Shown one piece after another: positions 35,073 to 48,560 of a stretch of 64,000 nucleotides of DNA. The number at the start of each line of letters is the position of its first letter. The stretch's first letter is position 1. The stretch is taken from the NCBI RefSeq assembly GCF_018350175.1, contig NC_058383.1, positions 23,872,001 through 23,936,000 of the forward strand. Reading direction: 5' to 3'. The position numbers and the translations under genes are program-made. The stretch is from Felis catus. Its lineage: Eukaryota. The notes under the pieces were generated by a model. That model saw only the letters and a program-made list of their open reading frames with translations, did no database searches and was not told the DNA's origin.

Positions 35073-36919
35073 AACAACCACAGAAGAGGTAAATATATAT
35101 TTACAGAAATGGAATTATACAGTACATACTATTTGTAATCTACCTGTTCCCTTTCGTTGGGACTTACGGAGGACATTTTTCTAAATGCACACATGTAACT
35201 CTCCCTCATTCTTTTGAATAGTTGCATTGTCAGGATTGTTTTACCAATTTTTCCAAGGGTCATGCAGTTTGTTTCCAGGTTTATCCGTGTTAGACTCTGT
35301 ACTGAACAACCCAGCATGTTTATCTCTGTACACTTGGCTTTGTATTCCCTTCAGATAATATATAAAGGTTTAATTGAAGGAATGAAGAATATATACTTAA
35401 AAATTTAATACAAGGGGCTATACCAAATTACACTTCTACTGACAGTTTCCAAGAGTGCCCTTCTTACTGCATCATCACCAGCACTGGGCACTGTTATTAT
35501 TTTAAACCTTTTAAATATTCAGTTGCCAAACTGAATTCCAAAATCCTATATCTCATTTTTTGTTACCAGTGAGCTTTACTGTCAAATTCAGTAGATCCCT
35601 TCATTCTTCCCCTTCTTGATTTTCTTCTGCAGATCAAACTCTGTTTCTTTCTGAGACCTCGCTTCTCAATACTGCTCTCTCCTCATTTTCCTCCTACCTC
35701 TCTGCTGCTCCTCTCCTGTGTTTCTCTGGTGGTTCCCTCCAAATGTCAGTGCCTCATCAGTTCTGTCTTTGGTTGTCCTCTCTCACCTTCACATCTCCAC
35801 AGGTGCAATTCATGCACTTCCGTGTGTGGAACCACATAACCAGAATACCGATCGCTTGCAGACCTGTGCTTCCTGGCTAGAACTCCTCAATGGAACCCCT
35901 CCAAGGACATCTCCTCTTGGAAACCTCCAACTCTACATGGTTAAAACTATCTTCTACTTCCAAGATCTGCTCCATCTGGGCTATCCTCTCTTCACTGTTC
36001 TCTCACCCCCTATAGCCACATGGTAACGACGCTTTGCGGATTCTAACTCTGCAATGGCTCTCACATGCATCCCTTCCTCCATCACCATGGCCAACAGTTC
36101 AAGCCTACTCCACACTAGTGCAGACCACTGGAGCAGTCCAAATGGCCTCCATCCCTTTAATGCATCCTTCGCACTGTGACTTGAGCATTCAAGATCCGCT
36201 CATCTTATGACCTTGCTTAAAATCCTTTAATGCCTATATGTCCTGTAGTATAAAAGCTCCTGAGCACATTCTCTATGTATAAATTCTCCATCACCTGTTT
36301 TATTCTGTCATGCACAATCTCTCTTTCTCACCCTGTAACCTACTGAACTCCCTGATGGCCTCCCAAATTTCCATAGTCTCTGTTCCAACACAATATACAA
36401 CGTTCCACAGTTCCAACACTTGTATGCCTCATGTTGTTCCCTTTGCCAAAAATGCCTTTCCTCCCCACTGCCCCCATCATTCACATGTGCTAGGTAAACA
36501 CCTGCTCACTTGGTAAGACTTGGCAAAAGGGTCACTTCCTCTGTGAATATTTTCTGACCTAATTCTGCTCAGGCAGGATGGTCTGGTCCTGCCTTCTACC
36601 TATTTCTGTAGAAAACAGTTAATAACACTTATTTCTTAACATGCCTGTCTCCCTCTACTAGACCCCAAGTTCCTTGAGAACAGGTATTATGTGTATGCAC
36701 TTCTGTATCCCCAATGCTGAGTGTAGTGATTGGCACAGAGCAGGCTTTCAATAAAAGTTTGTTGAATGAATGGATGGATAAATTAATGAAAACATTGCCT
36801 AATATGTATCTCTAAGCATTTTTTCTGTAACATTTATTAGAAAAAGATTAGGCTCTGGTACAGAATAATATATAATATTAACCGCTGTCTTAATTGATTT
36901 AGAATACTCTCTATTTGAG

Positions 36920-37046
36920 AGGCACCTGGATGGCTCAGTCAGTTAAGCATCCGATCTCAGCTCAGGTCATGATCTTACAGTTCCTGAGTTTGAGCCCCGC
37001 ATCAGGCTCTTAACTGACAGCTTGGTGCCCGGAGCCTGCTTTGGAT

Positions 37047-37090
<44 letters not shown>

Positions 37091-38400
37091 CCCTTCCCTG
37101 TTCACACTCTCTCTCTCTCACATTTAATAAACATTAAAAAAAAATACTCCCTAGTTGATATGAAGTGATACAAAAATGTATAGTTCAAGTGGGTTCCTTT
37201 TCTTTGTCCCCTAATTAGTGAAAAAGGTATGCCATTAAAATAAGTATATAAAACTATATATATATTTGAATTATATATGGCTATATATATAAATTAGATG
37301 TGACTATATATAATACATAATTTAAATACATGTATATATAGTTATAATTTAAATTGTATATATAACTATACATACATATAGTTAATTTATATAACTATAT
37401 ATATAACTGCATATAATTTAAGTTATATATAGTTACATATAATTTTCTTTAAGATTTTATTTTTAAGTAATCTCTACATTCAATGTGAGGCTCAAACCCA
37501 CAACCCCAAGATCAAGAGTTGTATGCTCCACTGACTGAATCAGCCAGGCACCCCAGCTGTATATAATTTTTAAAATATATATGGGGGCACCTGGGTTGCT
37601 CAGTCGGTTGAGCATCTGACTTTGGCTCAGGTCATGATTTCACAGTTTATGAGTTCGAACCCTGAGCTGGGCTCTGGGCCGACAGCTCAGAGCCTGGAGC
37701 CTGCTTCGGATTCTGTGTCTTCCTCTCTCTCTGCCCCTCCTTTGCTCATGCTCTGTCTCTCAAAATTGAACAAATGTTAAAAAAAAATGTTTTTCGGGGC
37801 GCCTGGGTGGCTCAGTCGGTTGAGCGCCTGGCTTTGGCTCAGGTCATGATCTCACAGCTCTGTGGGTTCGAGCCCCACATCGGGCTCTGTGCTGATGGCT
37901 CAGAGCCTGGAGCCTGCTTTGGATTCTGTTTCTCCCTCTCTCTGCCCCTAACCCACTTGCATTCAGTCTCTGTCTCTCTCAAAAATAAATAAACATTAAA
38001 AAAACTTTAAAAAAATTTTTTAAAATATATATTTTAAGGGCACCTGGGTGGCTTAGTAGGTTAAAGCATCTGACTCTTGATCTTGGCTCAGGTCGTGGCC
38101 CTGAGGTCATGGTTCGTGAGATCGAGTCCTGCATTGAGCTCTGTGCTGACAGCATGGAGTCTGTTTGGAATTCTCCCTCTCCCCTTCTCTCTGTCTCTCT
38201 GCCCCTCCCCTGCTTACTCTTTCTCTCTCTCTTAAAATAAATAAATATGTTTAAAAATATGTCTATTTTATATATAATATTGATATTTTAAAGTATATAT
38301 CAAATTATATATATCATTTAAATATATAGAATTATATATTATATAGTTACACATAATTTAAACATATATAGTTATATATATAAGTCTATATAATTAACAT
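36920..38400. mobile_element. Cluster of five CAN-SINEs embedded in (TA)-rich low-complexity DNA
   Basis: SINEs at about 36920-37144(+), 37445-37555(-), 37583-37790(+), 37796-38010(+), 38038-38250(+); AT-rich tracts at 37245-37445 and 38260-38400. Confidence 0.88.
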
Positions 38401-38790
38401 TTGGGATTGGAATCCTAAACGTTTGGCATATTAGGTCTTGCTAGACATGTACCGAGACTGGGGCATGCCCGGGGCCCTTCTTTTTCTCTTTCATGTTTAT
38501 CAGCTCAGAATCCAAATGGGGCAATGGGCTGAGTTACTTTATCTTGGCTGATCAAGCTGTGTGTTTTGGGGCCACTTACACCTTCGCCCCAGTGGGACTG
38601 TCCTCCAACCATTTAATTATTCAGTACCGCAAACAAGATGATTCAAATCAGATAAGCTGATGGCCATCCTAGGATGCTGGGTGCTGGTAACATCTGTCAT
38701 CCAGCCACCTGCCGGGAACCTCAGCCCAGCAGTGGCACAGAGCACCCGCGCCCCCTGCCCCCAGCCCCCCACCAGGACCCAGGAGCCTAC

Positions 38791-38910
38791 GCGATGAGGT
38801 TGAAGCAGTCCTTGTTGGACAACTGCTCCTCCAGCAGAAGCCGCAGGGAGTGCTGGATATGAATAATGTACATGGAATTGGTCACAGAGATATCCAGCAG
38901 TATAACCACC
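38791..38910 (-). CDS. VWA3A: VWA3A exon: (R)VVILLDISVTNSMYIIHIQHSLRLLLEEQLSNKDCFNLI(A)
   Basis: ttttag| acceptor, |gtaggc donor; 120 nt. Confidence 0.94.
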
Positions 38911-39639
38911 CTAAAAAGAAACACAAGCTTTAAGAAGAGAACCGAATCTCTCAGATAATGTTTATTTTGTTCCATTTTACTATTTAAAGTTTTTTCCAGG
39001 GGAATTCTACATGCCAAACTTACAGCTGGCCAAAATCTTTTCCATGGTGTGAGGTCAATAGGAGTGGGTTTACAACAGTAGACTAAGGGGATCGTGGAAG
39101 CTTCTCTCCCAGGGGGTCCCATCATGGAGTAAAGTCACATCAGGGTGGAGACGGTTTAAGGGGCGGGGGATGCCTGGAAAGCAGGCATTTCCCTGCTTTA
39201 AAGCCCTAGCATTCAATATTATTCTAGATTGGGGTCTCCGTAGGGGAAACAGAAACAAGGTAAGCAAATTAGATGGGGAATTAGGTGTATCTGAGCCTCT
39301 GGGGAAATAAATGCATCTTTTTGTGACATTTCTCTGTTTTAAGATCCTTAGCCCCATCTGGTCTTCTTTCACGACCTCAAATCAATTCCCAACTCCACCC
39401 TCTACTCTCAATTTGAGACAGCAATTATGGATAGCGAAGCAAATCCTCTGGATTTAGAGTCAGAGTTCCACTTCCTGTGTGACTTAGGCAAGTCACAAAA
39501 CCTCTCTGATCCTTCATATATTTAACTAGGAACTATTTATAAGACTTCTCATAGATTAGTTTTGAGAATTAAATGATTGAATAGTATAGTACTTTGTAAG
39601 TGGGAATGCATCCAATAAGGTATGGAACGGTTAAGGATG

Positions 39640-40150
39640 GCTATCATGGCTGCCAACTGTTTCTCCCTATGCAGAATCTATTACCTCCTGTCACGACAGC
39701 GTCTTGATTTTCCTTTGGAAAACTCCTCTGCCTCTTTCAGGCCATTTGAATTGGGTGAAACAGAACCACCCTAAGCTTGAAGGGTGGGCATTTGACTTTT
39801 GGCAATTAGAACATCGTACCTCCCAGGCCAGAGTTGAATAGCCCAGCGATGGACCCCTACTCCAAGCCTGGGAGTGCTAAACTGGTAGAAAGCAAGTCAG
39901 GAGTTTCAGGTGGCTATCCTGCTACCTGGATGGGTAAAGCCTGCCTGAAAACAAAGCCAAAAGGGAAGGAAGTAGAGCCGAGAGACAGAGAAAGATTCCT
40001 GACACACGTGAACCCCTGGATGGAGCCACACCTGAAGACAGCAATCAAATCTATTTTAGAATTTTCAGTTACCTTAACCAGACTTCCCTGTTTTGCTTAA
40101 GCCAATTTGCATTTAGTTTCTGTGGCTTTTTAACTGAAAAAATCCTAAGT
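39640..40150 (+). mobile_element. Old MaLR LTR (MLT1J/K-like) relic
   Basis: 3' motif 'ttttgcttaagccaatttgcatttagtttctgtggctttttaactgaaaaaatcctaa' plus internal MLT1-like segments. Confidence 0.6.
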
Positions 40151-40351
40151 AAACACAACGATGATACACAATTACTGATATTGATGATGGTAGTGGTGAC
40201 TTTTTCCTCCAAGGATTCTGCTGAGTGATTGTTGATCCTTATCTAAGTGGTGGTTTCTGATGCTACCAACAGGGAATTCATGAGCTGGATGAGTGTGTAT
40301 GTCACACACCAGACTCACAAAGGACAAGAACACTACTTTGAGGGAAGGTAC

Positions 40352-40446
40352 CTTTTTTCACAGACAGTGCCCCAGATTCTTCTGCTGGCCAAGGAGAGCC
40401 ACTCGATCCGCCTCTCATACATCCGCATAGCTCTGCTGAGCTGTTT
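40352..40446 (-). CDS. VWA3A: VWA3A exon: KQLSRAMRMYERRIEWLSLASRRIWGTVCEK(R)
   Basis: ttttcag| acceptor, |gtacct donor; 95 nt. Confidence 0.93.
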
Positions 40447-40861
40447 CTGAAAACCCACAGGCCACAGAGTGAGTGACAGATCAAAGGATGGCTGGTTAAA
40501 GGGTCTGTGTGGGGAAGGTTGGCTTCTGGGAATGAGGTGTCAAGGTCATGGGTATCCAGGCAGTATAAACATTCCACTAAATCATTGATGAGTCTGCCAC
40601 AAGACCAGGAAGTTCAAATATTTCATTGCCTCAGATGGGAGAGGAAGTAGATCTTGCCCCAAAAGATTAGAGACTTTTGTTTGACAGGTTCCTCCCTGGG
40701 AAACAAGTGTAGAAAGCTCCAGCAGTGCCTGGAGGCAGAGAACAGTTTCTGTTTATAAGAGGGAGTTCAGCCAATGGTTTTGGGTCTCCACATTCCATGG
40801 TGCCTTCCTCACATTCTCTCTTCTCATACCACATATTCTGACCTTTGGACCCATTACTAAC

Positions 40862-40942
40862 CTGGTACTCATAGAGGAAGGGCGGGTCCACATGAACATT
40901 CTTCACTGTCCCGTCATGCCATTCAAATTGTACCATTGCCTT
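40862..40942 (-). CDS. VWA3A: VWA3A exon: KAMVQFEWHDGTVKNVHVDPPFLYEYQ
   Basis: atgcag| acceptor, |gttagt donor; 81 nt. Confidence 0.92.
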
Positions 40943-41379
40943 CTGCATTCAGGTGTTGCCAGGATGGGCAGCAGGTGAACAGAGCACATGTGGGGAATGA
41001 CTGTAAGTTTAATTTGGGTGCTGGGCTCTCCAAATCAGATGCATAAGAGGGAAGTGGGCTTTGAGCACATCTGGGGGTGGGTTATGCCTCCCTAGTCATT
41101 GCCATGCCTGGAGCTGGTGACAGAAGTCCTTCAGGACAGTGGTCCCTGAATGCACCATGCCTGATAGCTAGCCAGGCTCCCTTCTGGGGAGGCTCTTACA
41201 AACAGCAGGGTCTTGATTACAAGATATGGCTGGAAGTTTTGTAATAGGATAGTTGGAGACCTTGAAACATACTGGCCATGGGCTCATAGGCTTAGAAACC
41301 CAGATAGACCTTCATGGACCCTTCGAAAATCTAATTTTTCGTCCTCTGCCAAGTTGTCTAATTTTTCATCCTCTGCCAA

Positions 41380-41770
41380 GATATCCATCCACCCGGTCAT
41401 TCATTAATCCATTGCTACAATTATCTATCCCACTTCCCTCTCATTCTTCCATCTTTTCAACGATGTTTCTCTTTACCTATTATTCCGTCCTTCCATTTCT
41501 CCATCCTTTCATTGTACTTTAATCCTTTCACCTTTTTTAATTCTGTCATTCATCCTTCTACTTTTCCCCTTCCATACTTCCATATGGAAGTTTACATTTC
41601 CATCCATCCATCCATCCATCCACCCATCACCCATCCATCCATTCATCCAACCAACCAACCAACCAAACATCCATCCATCCTTTTATCTATTCATTCATCA
41701 TCACCATTTCTTTCTATCCATCCATTCATTCTTCTTTTATTTCTTTTTTCTATCCTTCCTTCCACCCAGT
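41380..41770. repeat. Degenerate (TCCA)n/(CCAA)n simple repeat
   Basis: Core run at about 41598-41680. Confidence 0.82.
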
Positions 41771-41854
41771 TAGCCATCTGGGAAATATTCATTGACTGCT
41801 TAGTTGTACTAGATAATGGGGATACAGGGTTGGAGAACAGAGTTTGTTCTCTTG

Positions 41855-42299
41855 GTTAATGTTTTTTTTTATTATTTATTTTTGAGAGAGAGAAAGAGAG
41901 CACAAGTGGGGGAGGGGCAGAGAGAGAGGGAGACACAGAATCTGAAGCAGGATCCAGGCTCTGAGCTGTCAGCACAGAGCCCAATGTGGGGCTCGAACTC
42001 ATGAGATCATGACCTGAGCTGAAGTCAGACTCTCAGCTGAATGAGCCACCCAGGCACCTCAAGAGTTTGTTCTTTTTTTTTAATTTTTTTTTTCAACATT
42101 TTTTATTTATTTTTGGGACAGAGAGAGACAGAGCATGAACGGGGGAGGGGCAGAGAGAGAGGGAGACACAGAATCGGAAACAGGCTCCAGGCTCCGAGCC
42201 ATCAGCCCAGAGCCCGACGCGGGGCTCGAACTCACGGACTGCGAGATCGTGACCTGGCTGAAGTCGGACGCTTAACCGACTGCACCACCCAGGCGCCCC
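41855..42299 (-). mobile_element. Two tandem CAN-SINEs: older at about 41855-42060, young at about 42075-42299
   Basis: Shared target sequence 'agagtttgttct' occurs three times. Confidence 0.92.
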
Positions 42300-42725
42300 A
42301 AGAGTTTGTTCTTTTAAAGGCTCATATGCCATTGGGGGTTTAGACACATAACAAGTACACATATTAACACATTATAAGAGCTGGAGCAGAAGCTGTACCA
42401 GGTACAGTGAGGATACAAGGAAAGTGAGTGTGTTCTGAGTGCACAGAGGAAAACCTTCAAGGAGGAGGTAACTATAGTACCTGACTTGCTCCCTCTTATC
42501 CCATCTCCCAAGTCCATTTTTCAAATCTTTGCAAAATAGCAGTTGGGATAGATCTGATGAGAGTTCTACAGTCCTGGGTGGAAAGCTTACAACCTACTCC
42601 AGACCTTTAGACCCCCACTCCCTGTGATCTGACTTATTACTCTTATTTCTTGAACATTTAAGAAGGGAAATGTCACAAGAGCGCCCCCCTGCAGAAGACC
42701 GGAGAGAACTCTGACTCTGAGTTAC

Positions 42726-42829
42726 CTCATAGATAGATGAAGATACTGTTTTCCGGAGAATAGGCACGAATTCCTCCACGGGAGAGAATGCATTGGGTGC
42801 CAAAACCTGATCAAGGCTTAGTTTTCTGG
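42726..42829 (-). CDS. VWA3A: VWA3A exon: (A)RKLSLDQVLAPNAFSPVEEFVPILRKTVSSSIYE
   Basis: gttacag| acceptor, |gtaact donor; 104 nt. Confidence 0.93.
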
Positions 42830-42933
42830 CTGTAACAATAAATAGTGGGGTGTGAGATACAACCCTTGGAGCCCCAGAGGATTCATGACTTTAGTCACCT
42901 GAGTCCTGGGTTCTGCCCTCATTGGGGACTTAC

Positions 42934-43069
42934 CTTTTAGGCCATTGATCTTTAGCCATTCTGCAGAAGTCTTCTCCAAGTTTGGGAACTCAATTGTGAG
43001 GGGACCCTCATGCTTTGGGGGTTTAGGCAAGAGACCTGTGAGTGGCCCTTTTGCAATCTCTGTGGAAAT
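42934..43069 (-). CDS. VWA3A: VWA3A exon: ISTEIAKGPLTGLLPKPPKHEGPLTIEFPNLEKTSAEWLKINGLK(A)
   Basis: atttag| acceptor, |gtaagt donor; 136 nt. Confidence 0.93.
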
Positions 43070-43624
43070 CTAAATGAAATTTAAAAGCCCTCATTACAAA
43101 ATCACATTTTAGAGCTTGGAATCCCTAGTCTCCCCGACCCACCCCATTCCCCTAAGTGGAGCATCTGAAAATATTACCTGGCAAATTAAGGCAATTCTGC
43201 CTTCCCCTCCCACCATCCCCACCCCCTTCTCTGGAGATTGCTAGAATTTCCAGAGTAAGAAGATGTCCCCAGCAATTTGCTTCCTCTTTGATTTGTCCAT
43301 CCTCTTGGCCCCTTCCCCACCCTTACCATCAAGATCGGCACCTTGGACTTCAAGACGACAGATGGCCCTTCTGTGGGCTCCTAACACAAGGCTTTGAAGA
43401 AGTAAAAAGTAACTCCTACACCAGATCATTTCAGGAGCCCTGATCTAGCCTAGCTTCCCCTTATCCACATTTACAAACTGAAAACCTGAGGTTCTGAGAT
43501 ATTAAGTCATAACTCATGTATAAATAAGACACAGAACAGCAATTCCCAAACTTTGGACACTTGAGCACTGCCTTCATGAATTTTGCTGTATCTGAGTACC
43601 ACTGTCCTGTTTAGAATTTTTAAA

Positions 43625-44315
43625 GAAAATTTATTTTAAAGTAATCTCTACACCTAATGTGGGGCTCAAACTCACAACCCTGAGATCAAGAGTGGCAAGC
43701 TCCACTGACTGAGGTAGCCAGGCGCCTCTAGAATTTTTTAAAAAATAAATCAACCATGGGGGCACCTGGGTGGCTTAGTCAGTAGAGCATGTGACTCTTG
43801 ATGTTGGAGTTGTGAGTTGGAGCCCTACACTGGGTGGAGAGATTATTTTAAATTTATTTATTTGTTTGTTTGTTTGTTTGTTTGTTTGTTTTAATGAGCG
43901 TGAACAGGGGAGGGGCAGAGAGAGGAAGACACAGAATCAGAAGCAGGCTCCAGGCTCCGAGCTGTCAGCACAGAGCCCGACGCAGGGCTCGAACCCACAA
44001 ACTGTGAGATCATGACCTGAGCCCAAGTCGGATGCTTAACCGACTGAGCCACCCAGGAGCCCCTAGAGATTATTTTAAAAAACTAACTCCTTTGGGTGCC
44101 TGAGTGGCTCAGTTGGTTAAGTGTCTGACTTCGGCTCAGGTTATGATCTCACAGGTCTGTGATGGTTCTGTGGGTTCAAACCCCACATCTGCTGTCAGTG
44201 CAGAGCCCACTTTGGATCCTCTGTCTCTCTCTCTCTCTCTGCCCCTCCCCAGCTCACACATGGGCATGCTGTCTCTCTCTCTCTCTCTCAAAAATAAAAT
44301 AAACATTAAAAAATC
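43625..44315. mobile_element. CAN-SINE cluster of four copies in mixed orientation
   Basis: About 43625-43728(-), 43758-43850(+), 43855-44063(-, TSD agagattattttaaa), 44093-44315(+). Confidence 0.85.
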
Positions 44316-45556
44316 TTTTTAAAGAATGAAATAAATCAAATATGTAATATTAAAGCCTTTAAATTATTAATTGGATTTCATTTAAAAAATTAATTCCCTT
44401 TTTGTACCTAAATAATTTTAGAAAGAAGATGTATTACAACAATAATGAGCTTGTTTTAAATACATATTAGAAAAATTAAACCATGTACCTTGCAAACCGT
44501 AAGTAATGCATGTATTGCATTTTGGGAAACTCCTGGAAAGGTTGTGGTGTCAGACAGACCTGGGTTTAATTCATACTCGATCTGTCTCTAATCTCTCGGG
44601 TCTGAGGCAAATTATTTAGCCTTGTAAGTTCCGTTTCCTCATCAGTAAAATGGGGATAATAATACATCTGCAGCAGACTGTTGTTTTTAAAATAAGATAA
44701 GACATTTAAAGAGTTAAGCATAGTGCCTATCTTAGAATGGGCACTCTGTAGAGAGTTATTCTAATTATAATACAAATAGCTGTTATGATTTATAGAGACT
44801 AAATAGAAAAGCTGGAGCTAAAATGTAAGGTTCCAGTTTCTAGGTGCTGTGTTTCTTCCATTGTGTCCAACCAGGCCAAGATGTCTTCTATGACACAGCC
44901 ACATGTTCATTTGGTGAAGCGATAAATGCATTCTCCGTGCCTTCTGTTCACAGTTAAGTTTCTGCACAGTCTAAACAGCTCATTGCTTTTTTTTTTTTTA
45001 AGTTTTACTTATTTAAGTAATCTCTACACCCAACACGGGGCCCGATCTCATAACCCTGAGATCAAGAGTCGCACGCTCCTCTGACTGAGGCAGCCAGGCG
45101 CCCCTCAGCAGCTCATACCTTTTATGGTGCTGCGTCCATGAGCTGGCTGCGTTACTTTACTAATGTTACATTAGTGAAGTCACCAGGCAGGGACGTTTGC
45201 CCTGAATGAAGTGCTGGGTGCCAAAGACTGTCTTCAAGATGGTCCACTCAGTGCGGCTGAGGTTTCTGTCCTTCTCCAAATTGGGGTGAAGGGAGGGGAC
45301 AGTGATAGACGGGAAGGGTGGCAGGGGCCTGCTGGCCTTTCTCTGAAATCAATTTTTCAGCTAGAAAATCCATCAGGATCCTTCCAGCACAGTGGAAGGC
45401 CCACCCGGCTCAGGGGTGTCATGTACAGCAGAGGGCACGGCTTTGCCTTGTTTTTCTTTAGCACATGGGGGCCTTGGCAGCCATGCCCTCAGGGAGATGG
45501 GTGAGAAAGGAGAATGGAGTGAGGCCAGTTCCAAAATCTTCACCTACACCACCTAC

Positions 45557-45682
45557 CTCCTTCATCATGCCCGTTAGCTCCTCATTGGGAGTCCTGTTGC
45601 GCAAGGCTTGGATGTGGCTCAGGAGGCTCTGGGCCTTCTGGATTTCTGCCAGGAGCTGGTCCATGTCCCAACTGGTATAGAC
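45557..45682 (-). CDS. VWA3A: VWA3A exon: VYTSWDMDQLLAEIQKAQSLLSHIQALRNRTPNEELTGMMKE
   Basis: cccccag| acceptor, |gtaggt donor; 126 nt. Confidence 0.93.
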
Positions 45683-46419
45683 CTGGGGGTAGCAGGAGTA
45701 ATCAGCCATTAGAGGTCATTTGGCTACTAGCAATGGCCAAGGCAGGTCAAGCAGCCATGTAATTTCCCAAAGCTAAGTGTCAGATTGTTTAAACCAGACA
45801 TTATCAAGTAGGGTCCATTGGGGTGCCTGGATGGCTCAGTCAGTTAAGGGTCTGACTTCAGCTTAGGTCATAATCTTGTGGCTCATGAATTCAAGCCCTG
45901 TAATGGGCTCTGTACCACCAGTGCAGTGCTTGGGATTCTCTCTCTCTTCCTCTCTCTCTCTGCCCCTTCCCCACTTGTGTGCTCTCTCTCTCTAAAAATA
46001 AGTATATAAACTTTAAAAAATAAGGTAAACTAGGGTCCATGTGTTAGATACAGCCTGCAAATGTGTTGTATTCCATTTCTACGGTATTGTTCTGCAGCAT
46101 TTTTATTTTATTTTTTAATTTTTTTAATGTTTATTTTTGAGAGAGACAGAGAGACAGAGTGTGAGCAGGGGAGGGACAGAGAGAGGGAGACACAGATTCT
46201 GAAGCAGGCTCCAGGCTATCAGCACAGAGCCTGATGAGGGGCTCAAACTCACATACCTCGAGATCATGACCTGAGCCGAAGTTGGAAGCTTCACCAACTG
46301 AGCCACCTAGGCACCCCTGAAGTATTTTTAAATAACTGAAGGGTTTTCCAACCTTAAAGATATGAAGAAACACTTTACACCCACTGGGTTGGCCATAAAC
46401 ATAATTTAAAGAGGACTTG

Positions 46420-47510
46420 AGCAAGCATTGGTGAGGATGTGGAGAGTTGGAGCCCTGTGCACTGCTGGTAGGGATGTAAAATGGTGCAGCTTCTGTGGAA
46501 ACCAGTTTGGCACTTCCTCAAAGAATCGGACACAGAAATACCATATAACCCAGCATTTCCACTTGTAGGTCTATAACCCCAAATAATTGAGAACAGGAAC
46601 TCGAGAGACTTGTACACCAATGTTCACAGCAGTTCACAACAGCCCAAGGGTGGAGACAACCCACATGTCCATCAACTGATGCATAAACAAAAGGTGCTAC
46701 ATCTAGAAAATGGAATATTCTTCACCCACGAAAAAGAATGAAGCTCTAAGACAAGCTACAACATAGATGAACCCTGAAAGCATTACACTAAGCAGGGGTG
46801 CCTGGGTGGTTCAGTTGGTTAAGCTTCTGACTTTGGCTCTGGGCATGATCTCATGGTTCATGGGTTTGAGTCCTGCATCCGGCTTTGTGCCGAAAGCCCA
46901 TAACCTGGAGCCTGCTTCCGATTCTGTATCTGCCTCTCTCTCTGCCCCTCCCCCGCTCACACTCTGTCTTTCTCACTCTCAAAAATAAAAAAAAAAAAAA
47001 AAGAAAATATTATGCTAACTGAAAGAAGACAAATACAAAAGGTATATGATTCTGGATATGAAATATCCAGAATAGGTGAATCCATAGAGATGGGAAGCAG
47101 ATTGGTGGTTTCCAGAGGGCTGTGGGGGAGGGGAAAGAGGGAGGAACTGCTTAATGGGTACAGAATTTTCTTCTGGGGAGGGATGACATGTTTTGGAACT
47201 GGATAAAGTTGGTGGTTGCACAACATAGTGAAAATACTAATTGTTCACTTTATTTTTTTTTAAGTTTATTTATTTATTTTGAGAGAGAACGAGAGCGGGA
47301 GAAGGGCAGAGAGACAGGGAGAGAGAATCCCAAGCAAGCTCTGCACTGTCAGCATGGAGCCTGATGTGAAGCTCGAACTCATGAACTGTGAGATCATGAC
47401 CTGAGCCAAAATCAAGAGTTGAACACTCAACTGACTGAGCCCCCTAAGTACCCTTAATGGTTCACTTTAAAGTGGTTCACTTGATGTTACGTGAATTTCA
47501 CCTCCAGTTT
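46420..47510 (+). mobile_element. L1 (L1MB-like) 3' fragment interrupted by two SINEs (about 46794-47000 +, 47250-47453 -)
   Basis: 'ggtgaggatgtggag..tgcactgctggtagggatgtaaaatggtgcagc', 'aatatccagaataggtgaatccatagaga..gattggtggtttccag'. Confidence 0.85.
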
Positions 47511-47777
47511 TAAAAAAATGTAAAGGAGTCACACATACACACAAATCCCGATTTCCAGCTCTTGAAAAATCCCAAGACCTGGCGGCACTGGGGTCACATT
47601 CCTCCAGAGCAACAGCGAGCTGGGGCTGAGCAGAGGCACCTCTCTAGACGGGGCATGTGCTGCCTAGTCCTCCGAGCCCCACACACTCTCTGCTCCCCGC
47701 CCCCCACACTCCATCGGAGTCAGCTGTAGGGTTTTGTTATCCTTCTATTGTTGTTTTGCTCATATTAAAAGAAGACA

Positions 47778-48560
47778 GGGATGCCTCAGCGGCTTAGTTG
47801 GTTAAGCCTCCTATTCTTGATTTCAGCTCAGGTCATGATCTCACGGTGCCTGAGATCAAGCCCCACATCGAGCTCTGCGCTGACAGCGTGCAGCCAGCTT
47901 GGGATTCTCTCTCCCTCTCTCTCCCTCTCTCAAAAATAAATAAACTTAAAAAAAAAAAAGAAGAAGACAATGAAATTTGTTGCAGCCATATCTCTCTCAA
48001 GGGCAGAAAAACAACAGAGAAGCCAAGAGGGCTACAGGTTTTAAGATAAAGGAATTTATTTTTAAGTTTGTTTGTTTATTTGTTTGTTTAGAGAGTGCAA
48101 GCGCCTGACACAGGGCTCGATCTGACAAACTGTGAGATCATGACCTGAGTCAAAATCAAGAGTTGGACACTTAACCGATTGAGCTACCCAGGCACCCTTC
48201 TATTTTTTTTTTAAGATTTTATTTTTTTTATTATTATTTTTAAATTTTTTTTTACCGTTTATTTATTTTTGAGACAGAGAGAGACAGAGCATGAACAGGG
48301 GAGGGTCAGAGAGAGAGGGAGACACAGAATCTGAAACAGGCTCCAGGCTCTGAGCTGTCAGCACAGAGCCCGACGCGGGGCTCGACCTCACAGACCGCGA
48401 GATCATGACCTGAGCCGAAGTCAGACACTCAACCGACTGAGCCACCCAGGCACCCCAAGATTTTATTTTTAAGTAATCTCTACATCCAACATGGGACTTG
48501 AACTCACAACCCTCCGATCAAGAGTCACATGCTCCACCAACTGAGCTAGCCAGGCGCCCC
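47778..48560. mobile_element. CAN-SINE cluster with a nested copy
   Basis: About 47778-47960(+), 48055-48197(-), 48245-48456(-, TSD aagattttattttt), 48457-48560(-). Confidence 0.85.
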
